DNA of 64,000 nucleotides, from positions 5,248,001-5,312,000 of the forward strand of contig OZ241867.1 of NCBI GenBank assembly GCA_965203175.1, read 5' to 3'. Of this stretch, positions 47,341-57,086 are shown piece by piece. Position numbers and translations under genes: made by a program. The stretch comes from Candidatus Latescibacterota bacterium (lineage in GTDB: Bacteria > Latescibacterota > UBA2968 > UBA8231). Every line of letters begins with the position of its first letter. The stretch's first letter is position 1. The notes beneath the pieces were generated by a model. The model was not told where the DNA came from. It was given only the letters and a program-made list of their open reading frames with translations, and did not search any database.

Positions 47341-50300
47341 TCAACGCACCAACGCCAAGCGCCCCATCGCAACAAACGAATCCGCCACCAAGCGATAGAA
47401 GTAAATCCCCGAGGCCACCACGTGCCCATCTTGGTCGCGCCCATCCCAGACGAATCGATAGCGGCCAGCCACTAACGGCCCGTCCACAAGGTGGCGCACA
47501 GGCCGTCCTAACGCATCGTAGAGCACCAACGCGACCGACGCCGCCTGCGGCAGATCAAACGGCAGCGCGACCTCGGCGTTGAAGGGGTTGGGATAGGCCG
47601 GATGCAGTGCAAAGTCGGTCGGCAGAGCCACCGCCTTAGACACCCCTTCCTCCGTGAGAAACGGCACCCACGCCACCGCGCCTTCAATCTGCGCTGCAAT
47701 GGTTGCGCTGTCGGCTGTGCTCCAGTAGTTGCCTTGAGCGTTCAATTCCTCGGCGCTCAAATTCTCAATGGCCGTGGTGTTGTTGGCAAAGGTGTTGCCG
47801 CTAATCGCCGTCGGCATCCGCGGCCCTTCCACCCGGATGGCCACAGTATTGTCTGCAAAGCGGTTGCCGACGATGTGCGGTGCAGAGTCCACGGATTGAA
47901 TGGCCGGCGTCCCGCGCACAAACTCGCTGGTGCGAATCTCCAGCGACTCTACGCCGGTTAGCTCCAAACCCCGGCCCCCGACAAACGAGCCCATCTCAAT
48001 CGCCCCTCTCGTCCCCTGCCCCAAGCGCAGACCCGCGGCAACATGCGCCCTGAACGTCGAGTTCCATATCTCCACCAGCGATCCGGAGATTTCGGCACCA
48101 GCGCGCAAGTTGCGCTCGACCAGCACCTGCGCAAGGACCAAGCGCGCCGCGCTCCTAGCGCGCAGACCATCGCCTTGGTTGGCGACGAGGCGGCTGTTGT
48201 GCAATTCCACCTCCCCCAGCCACTCTTCCAAATCCATGCCGTGCCCGGTATTTTGCTCAATCTGCGACTCCCACATCTCAATGCGCTGGCCGCGGCCGCC
48301 GATGGCCCGCACTCCAGTCCGCGGGTCGTCCGGGTCAAGGCGGCCATTGTCGATTACGGCGACGCGGATGGCCTCTAAGGATGCGTTATTGAGCAGGATC
48401 CCCTCTTGGCCATTGCCCTCAATGGTGACGTTCCGCAGCGCGAGTTGCCCGCTGCCAGCGAGAAGTATGGCTGGTCCGGAGATAGTGGTAAATTCGCTCC
48501 GATCTACCTGTACTTGGCCGTTGAGTGCTAGCCGCAGGCCGTTGCCTCCGCTTTCGCGCACCGCAGAGTCGGCGATGTGCAAGCTCGTCTCCGCGTCGAT
48601 CTCGCCGATGAAGGCAAAAGCCGTGCGCGTTAGCTCGGCGTGCTGCACCTCGACTTGAGCTCCCGGCAGCACGCGAATGCCATACCACAAGCCGTCATTG
48701 TCCGGACCGGGCTCGGTAGTTAGCTCTGCCCGCTGTCCGGCCATCCCCTCAATCGTCAACGCGCCTTCCACGATCAACTCGGCGAAGTCCGGGGACACGC
48801 CGCGCCGGCTGAGATCAAAGCGGGGAAAAGACACGCTGCTCGGGCCGATGTGCAGTTCGGACCCGGCCGGCACCACCAAATCCGCGTACACGGCCTGCTC
48901 GTCCAGCCACTGCGTCCGCCCCGGAGGCAGGCGGAAGCCGACAATCCCGCGATGGGCGTGTTCAATGGCGATGGCCACTGGGTCAATTGCTTGGCCGTCG
49001 AGCAGGTAAATACCCGACCAATCCAAGGGGCCAGTGCGCGGCGCACCCGACGAGAAAGACACATCTTCCCCGATTTTGAGATCGCCATAGACGATCAACT
49101 CGCTGCGGTCTGGATCAAACCCCGTGCCCTGTGCATCGCCGCGGGCAAAGCGGATCTCCGCACCGGCGTCAATAGTCAGCGTTGCCCCCGGTGCCACGAC
49201 CACGTCCCCGTCCAAATCCACCCGGCCCGTCCACGTCGCGTCGCCGACAATGTGGCCGGGGCGTTGCTGCCGCACCACATCGACGACCATCGCGGTACCT
49301 TGCGGGCGGATATTGTCTATAGCCACGCCCAACGGCAAGTTCCGCGCAAAGCCCGTGTGGCCGCTGAAGGCCGGATTCGTGTCCCAAGCGAAGCGGCGGA
49401 AGCGCACGCCGTCAAAAGGGTCGGTCGCGTCGCCTTTGTTGCCGTTGTGCATCGAGGAGTACGCCTCGTCCCGCGCCCAAAAGTCGAGATGATCCCGTCC
49501 TTCCACTACATCGGGGTCGCCGTTGGGCGCAAAAAGCCCATCGGCGCAGACCAAATCGACCTGTTTGTGGCGTTCCTCGTCGTTGTCCGCCTGCTCGTCT
49601 ATGTGCCAGATGAGCAGGCCGTCTTGTGGGATATTGCGGTTGTAGTACGAGCCGTCGGCGCGCCGGTGCTCCAGCAGGAAGTACTCGTCTTGGGTTAGGG
49701 GAATTTTGTACGCCTTCCGGTCGCTGAAGATCTCCCCGATCTCTAGCCCTGAGACGCTCCCTGTCACTTCCACCACCTCGATCCAACCGAGGGTAGCTAG
49801 CGACCAAGCCGAAAAGGCGTTGGGGCCATCTTCTACGCCCCAACCAAGCGTCCCCCAACCCATGATCCCCCAATTGCCAATACCTGCGGAATCGTTCTCT
49901 GGGTCCAACTCGGCCACGGTCAACGCCGTCTGATCGAAGAGATCGGGCAACCCCAACACGTGCGCGAACTCGTGACACATCGTCGAAGCCGTGATGCTAA
50001 AGGTGTGGCCCCGCTGCGTGGTGCCGCCGAAACCTGTAAAGCGACTTCGCACCCGCACAAAGCCGCCATTGGCCGCTGAATCGCCGCTGATGTAATCGGC
50101 GTTTAATCCCAAGCTGGCGATGCCAGTGGCCGCGCCAACAAAAAAATCGCGGGGCGAGGTATGCAGGTTGATAAAGACGATATCGACGTACCCGTCGTCG
50201 TCGCCGGAGTTGGGCACCCCATCGGGGCCGTCGTTGTCAAAGAGACCGAAATCGACGTCTGCATCTGCCGCGGTGAGGACCTCCAAGTTGAAGCGCCCGA

Positions 50301-50652
50301 ATTGGCCCAGGCTTCCTGGGATCTCAGCCAGATAGGTCTCGGCATTGTCGCGAGAGCGATAGCGCCGCGGCAACACTTGGCCATCGACGTGGAGCCGTCC
50401 GGCCGACATCTCGCGGTAGAAGTGAGCAAAACTACCGGGCAACTCGTCGTCGAAAAGGTCATTCGCCCACGAAGGGGCCGAATCGCCGGCACTCTCGTCC
50501 GCAAACTGCGCGAAGATAACCAACGCACTCAGGTGCTCCGGCGTCTGCACAACCTGCTGCGCCGACGACTCCAACGCCGCGCAGGCGAACTCGGCCGCTA
50601 GGGCTTGGTATGGGAAGACGAGAAGGAGGAAAAGGAACAACTTACACGCCAT
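47341..50652 (-). CDS. M6 family metalloprotease with beta-helix repeats and FlgD-Ig/T9SS-CTD-like domain (paralog of 33092..35761)
   Basis: Signal peptide from ATG 50652; HEFAHVLGLPDLF; NDGPDGVPNSGDDDGYVD; AYPNPFN...WDGRDQDGHVVASGIYFYRL. Confidence 0.88.
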   Translation of the reverse strand: MACKLFLFLLLVFPYQALAAEFACAALESSAQQVVQTPEHLSALVIFAQFADESAGDSAPSWANDLFDDELPGSFAHFYREMSAGRLHVDGQVLPRRYRSRDNAETYLAEIPGSLGQFGRFNLEVLTAADADVDFGLFDNDGPDGVPNSGDDDGYVDIVFINLHTSPRDFFVGAATGIASLGLNADYISGDSAANGGFVRVRSRFTGFGGTTQRGHTFSITASTMCHEFAHVLGLPDLFDQTALTVAELDPENDSAGIGNWGIMGWGTLGWGVEDGPNAFSAWSLATLGWIEVVEVTGSVSGLEIGEIFSDRKAYKIPLTQDEYFLLEHRRADGSYYNRNIPQDGLLIWHIDEQADNDEERHKQVDLVCADGLFAPNGDPDVVEGRDHLDFWARDEAYSSMHNGNKGDATDPFDGVRFRRFAWDTNPAFSGHTGFARNLPLGVAIDNIRPQGTAMVVDVVRQQRPGHIVGDATWTGRVDLDGDVVVAPGATLTIDAGAEIRFARGDAQGTGFDPDRSELIVYGDLKIGEDVSFSSGAPRTGPLDWSGIYLLDGQAIDPVAIAIEHAHRGIVGFRLPPGRTQWLDEQAVYADLVVPAGSELHIGPSSVSFPRFDLSRRGVSPDFAELIVEGALTIEGMAGQRAELTTEPGPDNDGLWYGIRVLPGAQVEVQHAELTRTAFAFIGEIDAETSLHIADSAVRESGGNGLRLALNGQVQVDRSEFTTISGPAILLAGSGQLALRNVTIEGNGQEGILLNNASLEAIRVAVIDNGRLDPDDPRTGVRAIGGRGQRIEMWESQIEQNTGHGMDLEEWLGEVELHNSRLVANQGDGLRARSAARLVLAQVLVERNLRAGAEISGSLVEIWNSTFRAHVAAGLRLGQGTRGAIEMGSFVGGRGLELTGVESLEIRTSEFVRGTPAIQSVDSAPHIVGNRFADNTVAIRVEGPRMPTAISGNTFANNTTAIENLSAEELNAQGNYWSTADSATIAAQIEGAVAWVPFLTEEGVSKAVALPTDFALHPAYPNPFNAEVALPFDLPQAASVALVLYDALGRPVRHLVDGPLVAGRYRFVWDGRDQDGHVVASGIYFYRLVADSFVAMGRLALVR

Positions 50653-50671
50653 TCCTTTAGAGCGGCATACT

Positions 50672-52099
50672 TCAAAACTTATCGAGCGGCATCTGCCGAC
50701 ACTCGCGGATGAAGAGTTCGGCTTCGCGGCCATAGGTGAGGAAAGGGTCGTCGAGGCTGAGGAACTTATCGTCGCCCACGCAAATGGAGTCCCAATCAAT
50801 TTGGTAGCGCGTCTTCTGATCGGTCAGCGCTCTCATCACGCGGGAGCGAGCGCAGGCGCGGGTATCGGCTGGGGGATGCGTGATGGCTTGGTTGATCTGC
50901 TCGTCGCTGACGACTCGCTTGACCATCCCGCGCTCGTACAAATCGAAATAGAGGCTCCGCGCCGCGTTGAGATTGTGGTATTCCAGATCCAAACTTTGGA
51001 TCCAAGTATCCTGCCAGTCCAACCCCTCTTCCCGCATGAAGTACTCCAACAGCCACTTCTTAGCCACCCAATCGACGCGATCGACCAAGCACCCAGGATC
51101 GTGTTCTAAGGCGTCGATGACAAAGCGCCACTCGTCCAACACCCAGTCGCCCTCTTCGTCCCGACCGCGCAGATAGCGCTCGGCCAAATCGAGATACGCG
51201 CGCTGTATCTCCGTCGCCGTGGTGTAGCGGCCGTCCTCTAGCTGCACTTCCCAGCGATAGGTCATGTCGCGCGAAATGTCGCGGATGGCCTGCACGGGAT
51301 CGAGGAGCTTGATATCGTCGCAGATCACGCGCTCTTGCTCTTCTAAAAGCTGCAACACCAAGGCCGTGGTCCCCACCTTCAGGGCCGTGGCGTACTCCAT
51401 CATGTTCGAGTCGCCCACCAACAGGTGCAGGCGGCGGTACAATCCCCAGTCGGCCAGCGGCTCGTCGCGCGTGTTGATGATTGCGCGACTGAACTGGATC
51501 CACTGGTAGATCTCGGTGACGATGTGGTCGGCCCGCTGCGAGAGTTGGAATTCAACGCCTTCGTCCTCGGCACTGCCGTACTCGAAAATATCCGTGTGGC
51601 AACCGACTCGGCCGGCACCGGCGAATATCTGGCGGGTGACGAAAAAGGGCAGCATGGTCGGCAGCAGCACTTGCGAAAACGGCACTTCCCGCCGCACGAG
51701 GTAGTTCTCGTGGCAACCAAAAGTAGCCCCTGTGTAGTGGTCGATATTGTTCTTGAAAAAGGCCGCGCTATCGGCCAAGCCAAGCTGATCTAGCGCGCGC
51801 TGCACCAACCGCTCGCCAGCTCGGTCGGCAGCCACCAAATCAAAAAGCCCGGTGCACTCCGGAGTGGCGTACTCGACGTGGCCCATGTCGATGTACACTC
51901 GACCGCCGTTGAAGAGAAAGCCGCCATTGCCGGGCGGCTCGTCGCGGCCCCGATAGTGCATATCGACAATGCCCAAGTGCTCGCGGTAGAACACACAGTC
52001 TTTGGCCTTTATCGACACAAAATCGGGACTCAAAAAGGGATCCGAAGCCGGCGGTAGACAACCGTATTCGGTTTCCAGTCCGTAGATGCGACCTTCCAT
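50672..52099 (-). CDS. pafA: Pup/UBact-protein ligase (PafA family)
   Basis: RIYGLETEYG, FLFNGGRVYIDMGHVEYATPEC, KNNID...GCHENY, SQRADH, RAIINTRDEPLAD...YRRLHLLVGDSN, DLEYH. Confidence 0.92.
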   Translation of the reverse strand: MEGRIYGLETEYGCLPPASDPFLSPDFVSIKAKDCVFYREHLGIVDMHYRGRDEPPGNGGFLFNGGRVYIDMGHVEYATPECTGLFDLVAADRAGERLVQRALDQLGLADSAAFFKNNIDHYTGATFGCHENYLVRREVPFSQVLLPTMLPFFVTRQIFAGAGRVGCHTDIFEYGSAEDEGVEFQLSQRADHIVTEIYQWIQFSRAIINTRDEPLADWGLYRRLHLLVGDSNMMEYATALKVGTTALVLQLLEEQERVICDDIKLLDPVQAIRDISRDMTYRWEVQLEDGRYTTATEIQRAYLDLAERYLRGRDEEGDWVLDEWRFVIDALEHDPGCLVDRVDWVAKKWLLEYFMREEGLDWQDTWIQSLDLEYHNLNAARSLYFDLYERGMVKRVVSDEQINQAITHPPADTRACARSRVMRALTDQKTRYQIDWDSICVGDDKFLSLDDPFLTYGREAELFIRECRQMPLDKF

Positions 52100-52100
52100 A

Positions 52101-52868
52101 CTAAGCCTCGACGTAGGAAGCGAGTGGCTCGGCTAGTTGTTCCGCAGTGAGCAGGCGGAACTTCGACTTGGCGGCGCGGTCGCGGTCGAGCACCGCAGCC
52201 TCGACTGTCAGCCCTTGCAAACCGCCCTTTAGAAAATCGCGCACAGCCTCCGAGCTAGGCACCTCTCCAGCTCCATCGCGGGCGTCGAGGGTCAACCGGC
52301 CCAATCCCCACACCTCCAACGCCGCGCTCAAGGCTTGGTCGAGAGGAAGCTCTGGACTAGTCTCTTGCAATTGTGCTGTCATGGCCTGTGCGCTCTCTGT
52401 GTTGCCGCTGATGGCCGCCACCCCACCACTTTGGGCAAAAGACCCATCGGCGTCAATAGTAAAAAAGGCGTCGCCGCCGCCATCCGGGTCTAGCTCGGCC
52501 ATCATCACGCGGGCGACAAAGGGCGAGCGAAACAGCTCGTCGAAGGCCGCCTTCATCAGCGGGCCGATGCCAAAGCTGACCAATCGCTGCAAGGTCACGT
52601 CGTTGGCTGATAGGTTGAACCCTTCGAGATGGGCGATATCGATGACGGCTTTGCGCAACTTCTCGATGTCAGCCGGGTGCCCCACGGCCGCAAAGGCGAT
52701 CTCGTCGTACACCTCAAAGAGCTTGCGCGGGCCTGGAGTAGCCGTCAGCAGCAGTACCCCGTCGGCGTACGCCGTACCCACCACCGGACTGCCGCTCGCG
52801 AGTTGGTCTTCCACATACTCGCGGCGGTTGTTGATGGCCTCGACCCAGCGATAAGGTTCTTCTAACAT
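52101..52868 (-). CDS. prcA: 20S proteasome alpha subunit (bacterial type)
   Basis: GSPVVG..YADGVLL...RKLFEVYDEIAFAAVG...DIEKLR, EAAVLDR...KFR; position between prcB and pafA. Confidence 0.88.
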   Translation of the reverse strand: MLEEPYRWVEAINNRREYVEDQLASGSPVVGTAYADGVLLLTATPGPRKLFEVYDEIAFAAVGHPADIEKLRKAVIDIAHLEGFNLSANDVTLQRLVSFGIGPLMKAAFDELFRSPFVARVMMAELDPDGGGDAFFTIDADGSFAQSGGVAAISGNTESAQAMTAQLQETSPELPLDQALSAALEVWGLGRLTLDARDGAGEVPSSEAVRDFLKGGLQGLTVEAAVLDRDRAAKSKFRLLTAEQLAEPLASYVEA

Positions 52869-52873
52869 GCGCC

Positions 52874-53632
52874 TCAAGCCCTTTGGTAGAGCGCAGCCAA
52901 ATCCGCTTCGGGCACAGTGCTCAAACCCTCGGCCGTCACCTGCACGACCTGGGGAAAGATGTGCGCGGCCTCGCGGAAGCCGCCAGTAGCCGTGTCGTAT
53001 TCAGCGGCTGTCTCTAGCATCTTGAGCAGCAGCTCGACCGCCTGCTCTCCGGCCATCTCCCGCAGCGGCTGCGGCCCCCAGCGATTTTGGTAGTACAGCG
53101 CGCCGCGCACAATGTGTGCACCCGAACCGGTGGCGCAGAAATCCACGCACTCGAACTCGGCCCCCAAGAGGTCGTAAAAGAAAATTTTACCCTCCGCAGC
53201 CTCGTGGTCAAAGGCCGCGAAGATCGGCACCACCGCGCCAATCCCCTGCATGGCCAGCGGCAAGTTCTGGCGCAACAGCCGCGACAAAGTCCGCACCTTG
53301 CCGTCCAAACTCAGCCCTTGTAGCTGGCTGCGGCGATAGTACTGCACCGACATTTCCAGCATCCGCGCAATGTCCCACGCCACCGCCGGCGAACCGGCAA
53401 TGGCCATGACTGCTTCGTCGTCAATTATCAGCACTTTGTCGGCGCGGTCGTACACCACCGAGTTGCCCATGGTAGCGCGGCGGTCACCGGCCACCACCAC
53501 CCCGTCGGCGCAACGCACCGCTACAATCGTGGTGCCCTCGACCGGCTGCAAGGACGCTTCCGCAGCAGCGACCGGGGCGGCGGGCAAAAGCCCCCGCTCC
53601 TTGAGCAAGTCGAGGAAGTCGCAGCTTTCCAT
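52874..53632 (-). CDS. prcB: 20S proteasome beta subunit (bacterial type)
   Basis: Propeptide ending EG|TTIVA (catalytic Thr1), GDRRATMG, ADKV, LSLDGK, ATGSG, DTATGG. Confidence 0.93.
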   Translation of the reverse strand: MESCDFLDLLKERGLLPAAPVAAAEASLQPVEGTTIVAVRCADGVVVAGDRRATMGNSVVYDRADKVLIIDDEAVMAIAGSPAVAWDIARMLEMSVQYYRRSQLQGLSLDGKVRTLSRLLRQNLPLAMQGIGAVVPIFAAFDHEAAEGKIFFYDLLGAEFECVDFCATGSGAHIVRGALYYQNRWGPQPLREMAGEQAVELLLKMLETAAEYDTATGGFREAAHIFPQVVQVTAEGLSTVPEADLAALYQRA

Positions 53633-53638
53633 CGGCCG

Positions 53639-53830
53639 CTACTGTCCCGTGCGCTGGCGGTAGCGACGGGCCTGATTCGGATCTACGCGGCGCATCCGCT
53701 TGAGGATATCGTCCGTGCTGGGGCGCTCGACTCGCGGTCGGCGCGGGCCGGTATCTGGCCCGTCGTCGTTGTCGTCGATCGGCTTGGTCGGCCGGGGCGC
53801 GCGCTCCCGGTAGGAAATAAAATCGCTCAT
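53639..53830 (-). CDS. ubact: UBact-type prokaryotic ubiquitin-like tag (63 aa)
   Basis: Disordered, charged N-terminus; C-terminal ILKRMRRVDPNQARRYRQRTGQ matches the UBact R[T/S]G[E/Q] end; lies between dop and prcB. Confidence 0.88.
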   Translation of the reverse strand: MSDFISYRERAPRPTKPIDDNDDGPDTGPRRPRVERPSTDDILKRMRRVDPNQARRYRQRTGQ

Positions 53831-55371
53831 GGTGCCACCTCCGGTTTCGGTTTTCTACCCAGTCTGGCGAGCAAATCCTCGACGCTCGCAGCCGCGTCTA
53901 AGGCTTCGTTATAATAAGCCGCTGTCTCCCGGCTGACACAAGCCTTGAGGTCGATGACCTCACAGCGGCCGTCGAGTTCCAGCTCAATGCTATCCCAATT
54001 GAGCGAGCGCACCGCCGTGGCAAACTTCTGCAACATCTTGCCGCGAAAATAGGCCCGCGTGTCCCCGGGCGGCTCGACCAACGCCCGACACACCGCCTCC
54101 TCGGAGACGACGCGCTCTACTTGACCGGCGGCTTCAAGCGTCGGGTATAGCCCCTCAGCCGGGTCGATGTTGTGGTATTCGAGGTCTTGGCTTTGCAGCC
54201 AAGCGCGGTCCTCAGGCCGTTCCCAATCGAGTCTCTCGGACTCGGCAAACGCATCCAAAAGCCACTTTTTAGTCACCCAATCGAGGCGTCCAATTAGCTC
54301 TTGCGGATCGCGCGCGAGGGAGTCCAACACGTCGCGCCAAGCCGCGAGAACCCAATCTGTCTCCTCGTCGCGGCCCTGAAAAGCTCGCGTCGCTGCCGCC
54401 ATGATGGCCGTCTGGATTTCCAGCGCCGAACTCGACCCTCCCCCGGACAAGGGCACTGGCCACTCACGGGACTCGTCGCGGGAAATGGTCTTGAGCGCAC
54501 CGATGGGATCGGCCAATGCAAACGAAGGCAACGCACCAGCCTCTAGCAGGTCGAGTACCAAGGAAGCCGTGCCAACCTTGAGCGCGGTGGTGTATTCGCA
54601 CATGTTGGCGTCGCCGATGATCAGGTGCAGGCGGCGGTAGTGCGCTGGATCGGCGTGTGGCTCGTCGCGGGTGTTGACCAGCGGGCGGCGGTGCATGGTA
54701 TCGACGCTGGCGATGACCTCGAAAAAGTCCGCGCGCTGGCTTAGTTGGTAGGTGGCGGGCCGCGCCCGGGCGTCTTGTTCGACGCCGACTTTGCCGGCCC
54801 CGGCAAAAATTTGGCGCGTCACCACAAAGGGCAGCAGCCCGTTGATCACTTGTTGGAAGGGAATGTCGCGGCTGAGCAGGAAGTTCTCGTGGCAGCCGTA
54901 GCTGTGCCCCTCGAAGTCGGTGTTGTTTTTGTACAAACGCACTACGCCCCGACCGCGGTCTTCGGTGCGCTGGCGCGCGCACTGGAAGAGAATCCGCTCT
55001 CCGGCGCGATCAACAGCTACCAAATCGCGGAGACTATAGCATTCTGGGGTGGAAAATTCCGGGTGGGTGTGGTCGTTGTACAGGCGGGCACCATTGTGGA
55101 CGATCAGGTCGCTTTTCAAGTCCGCTAGCTGGATCGGGCGCTGGCGATCCTTCTGCAAGTGGACGGTCTCGTCCTTGTCGTTGAGGAGCTCGGTGACCTC
55201 AAAGCCGCGCATGTCGAGCCGCGGATTTTCGAGTGCGTAATTCCACAGAGCGACAAAATCTTGGCGCACATAGCAGCGGATCAATTCCATGGACTCTACC
55301 ACCACGTCCATGGACTCATCCTCATCAACCTGGATGCCGTACTCGGTTTCTAGCCCGCAGAGCCGCTGCAT
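53827..55371 (-). CDS. dop: Deamidase/depupylase Dop (PafA2) family
   Basis: GLETEYGI, WNYALENPRLDMRGF (Dop loop region), NGARLYNDHTHPEFSTPEC, KNNTDFEGHSYGCHENF, QRADFFE, NTRDEPHAD, TRAYFRG. Confidence 0.92.
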   Translation of the reverse strand: MQRLCGLETEYGIQVDEDESMDVVVESMELIRCYVRQDFVALWNYALENPRLDMRGFEVTELLNDKDETVHLQKDRQRPIQLADLKSDLIVHNGARLYNDHTHPEFSTPECYSLRDLVAVDRAGERILFQCARQRTEDRGRGVVRLYKNNTDFEGHSYGCHENFLLSRDIPFQQVINGLLPFVVTRQIFAGAGKVGVEQDARARPATYQLSQRADFFEVIASVDTMHRRPLVNTRDEPHADPAHYRRLHLIIGDANMCEYTTALKVGTASLVLDLLEAGALPSFALADPIGALKTISRDESREWPVPLSGGGSSSALEIQTAIMAAATRAFQGRDEETDWVLAAWRDVLDSLARDPQELIGRLDWVTKKWLLDAFAESERLDWERPEDRAWLQSQDLEYHNIDPAEGLYPTLEAAGQVERVVSEEAVCRALVEPPGDTRAYFRGKMLQKFATAVRSLNWDSIELELDGRCEVIDLKACVSRETAAYYNEALDAAASVEDLLARLGRKPKPEVAP

Positions 55372-55379
55372 GAGCTGGG

Positions 55380-57074
55380 TCAGATCACTTGGCCGATGCG
55401 CTTTTCCGGTGTCTTTTCCGGCTGAGGTCTAACGGGTATCACCCTCACCACGTTCTCCGGCTCGTAGTCGAGCAGCTTGAGCCAGTCCTCGACGCTGTCC
55501 GAAGGTGGGAACACCTCGTTTTCGCGGTATTCAGCCCGCGTCGCCTGCCGCAAGTCCTCGGCGCGGATCCCGCCTTCGGGGTCGCCCTCGGCAATGGCGC
55601 GCTTGATCGCCATCTCCTTGGCCCGCGATACGACCGAGGCGATGATGGCTCCGGAAATCAGGTCGCCGCGATAGAGTACTTCTTGGCGGCCGCTGCGCAG
55701 CGACACCTCCAAGAAGCGGGCCTCTTCGCCTTTGGAAAACAACTCGTCGAGGCCCTCCTGTATCAGGGCCTCGCGCGCAGCCGCTTCGCCGCCGTACTGC
55801 TCTACCTCGGCGCGATCAATCGGCAGTTCGGGCTTGAGGTAAATCCCCAAAATGTCACCAGCCGCTTCGTAGTTGGGGCGCGCGACCTTGATTTTGCGGT
55901 CGATGCGGCCGGGCCGGAGCACGGCTGGGTCAATCAGATCGTGGCGGTTGGAGGCCAAAATCAGCACCACGTCCTGCAGCGACTCAATGCCGTCCATCTC
56001 AGTGCAAAACATCGGCACGACCGTGTTGGAGATGTTGTGGCTGCGCATCGAGCGCCGAGTGCCCAAGATCGACTCGGCTTCGTCGATAAAGACAAAGGGC
56101 AAATAGCCCTCCTTGCGCTTTTGGCGCGCCTGGGCAAAGACCTCGCGCACCATGCGCTCGGTCTCGCCGAGCCACATGTTGAGGATTTCCGGCCCCTTGA
56201 TGTGCATGAAGTACTCTTCCAACTCCAGGCCCTCGACCTCGCGCATGTGCTGCACCAAGTTGTACGCCGTGGCCTTGCCGATGAGAGTCTTGCCGCAGCC
56301 CGGGGGGCCGTAGAGCAGGAAGCCCTTGGGCGTCGAATACTCGAAGCGCTCGAAGAGCTGGGGGTGCAACGCAGGCAGTTCAATGGTGTCGCGGATGGCT
56401 TCGATCGCTTCGGCTTGGCCACCGATGCTCTCCCAAGGAGTTGGAGGAACGTCCTCGATGAAGTACTCCTTGCTCTCGGCGGATTGCAAAACTTCCAGCG
56501 CAACCTTGTAGGCCGGATCCATCCGCACCTCGTCGCCGATTTGCAAATCCACGTCGGCCAATTCCGCAGCGCGCTCGACGACCACCTCTTGGGTCCCGTG
56601 CGCTTGGGCAATCCGCAACCGCCCCTCTGGAAGCAGATCGCCGACCTTGGCCACCGGTCCAGAGGGGCTGTGCCCCAAATTGCCAACGACCGCATAGGCT
56701 TCGTTTACCAGCACCCGGCAGCCGACCTTGAGCTGGGACACATCGACGCGCGGGTCGATATTGGCATAGTACTCAGCACTGCCGACGAAGACCGTGGCAA
56801 TCCCCTCGCTCGGCAGGCCGAGGAAAATCCCGACGCGATTGGCCGGTGCCGTCACCTTCTCTAGGGCGGCTTCCATCTCCACAAGAGCCCGACGCGCCTC
56901 CTGAAAGGAAATCTCCCGCTCCATGAGCTGGCGCCGAAGGCGGTACAGCAGAGGCCGAGCTGGGTCGCGGTCTGGGGCTAGCGCGAGCAACTGATCGACC
57001 AAGCGCAATGGCTCAGCAACCTGCTCCTCTGGCTCTTGGTCCTTGTCGTATTCGTGCGATTCCCTGCGGTTCAT
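55380..57074 (-). CDS. arc: Proteasome-associated AAA+ ATPase (ARC/Mpa)
   Basis: N-terminal coiled coil and OB region; GPPGCGKT, IKGPEILNMWLGETER, FIDEAES, IDPAVLRPGRID. Confidence 0.93.
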   Translation of the reverse strand: MNRRESHEYDKDQEPEEQVAEPLRLVDQLLALAPDRDPARPLLYRLRRQLMEREISFQEARRALVEMEAALEKVTAPANRVGIFLGLPSEGIATVFVGSAEYYANIDPRVDVSQLKVGCRVLVNEAYAVVGNLGHSPSGPVAKVGDLLPEGRLRIAQAHGTQEVVVERAAELADVDLQIGDEVRMDPAYKVALEVLQSAESKEYFIEDVPPTPWESIGGQAEAIEAIRDTIELPALHPQLFERFEYSTPKGFLLYGPPGCGKTLIGKATAYNLVQHMREVEGLELEEYFMHIKGPEILNMWLGETERMVREVFAQARQKRKEGYLPFVFIDEAESILGTRRSMRSHNISNTVVPMFCTEMDGIESLQDVVLILASNRHDLIDPAVLRPGRIDRKIKVARPNYEAAGDILGIYLKPELPIDRAEVEQYGGEAAAREALIQEGLDELFSKGEEARFLEVSLRSGRQEVLYRGDLISGAIIASVVSRAKEMAIKRAIAEGDPEGGIRAEDLRQATRAEYRENEVFPPSDSVEDWLKLLDYEPENVVRVIPVRPQPEKTPEKRIGQVI

Positions 57075-57086
57075 GGCATCCTCCCA

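Noticed and set aside
50653-50799. N-terminal extension of the M6 protease given by the ORF track
   Set aside because: It overlaps pafA; the signal peptide begins at ATG 50652. Similar over-extensions were trimmed for nadB, gatB, vapB, 4190..5164 and 61088..62272.
53639-53830. Calling the tag canonical Pup
   Set aside because: It lacks the Pup C-terminal FV..YVQKGG[EQ]; it ends RYRQRTGQ, the UBact pattern.
55389-56864. 491-aa plus-strand ORF
   Set aside because: Antisense shadow of arc, with no recognisable motifs; expected in GC-rich coding DNA.
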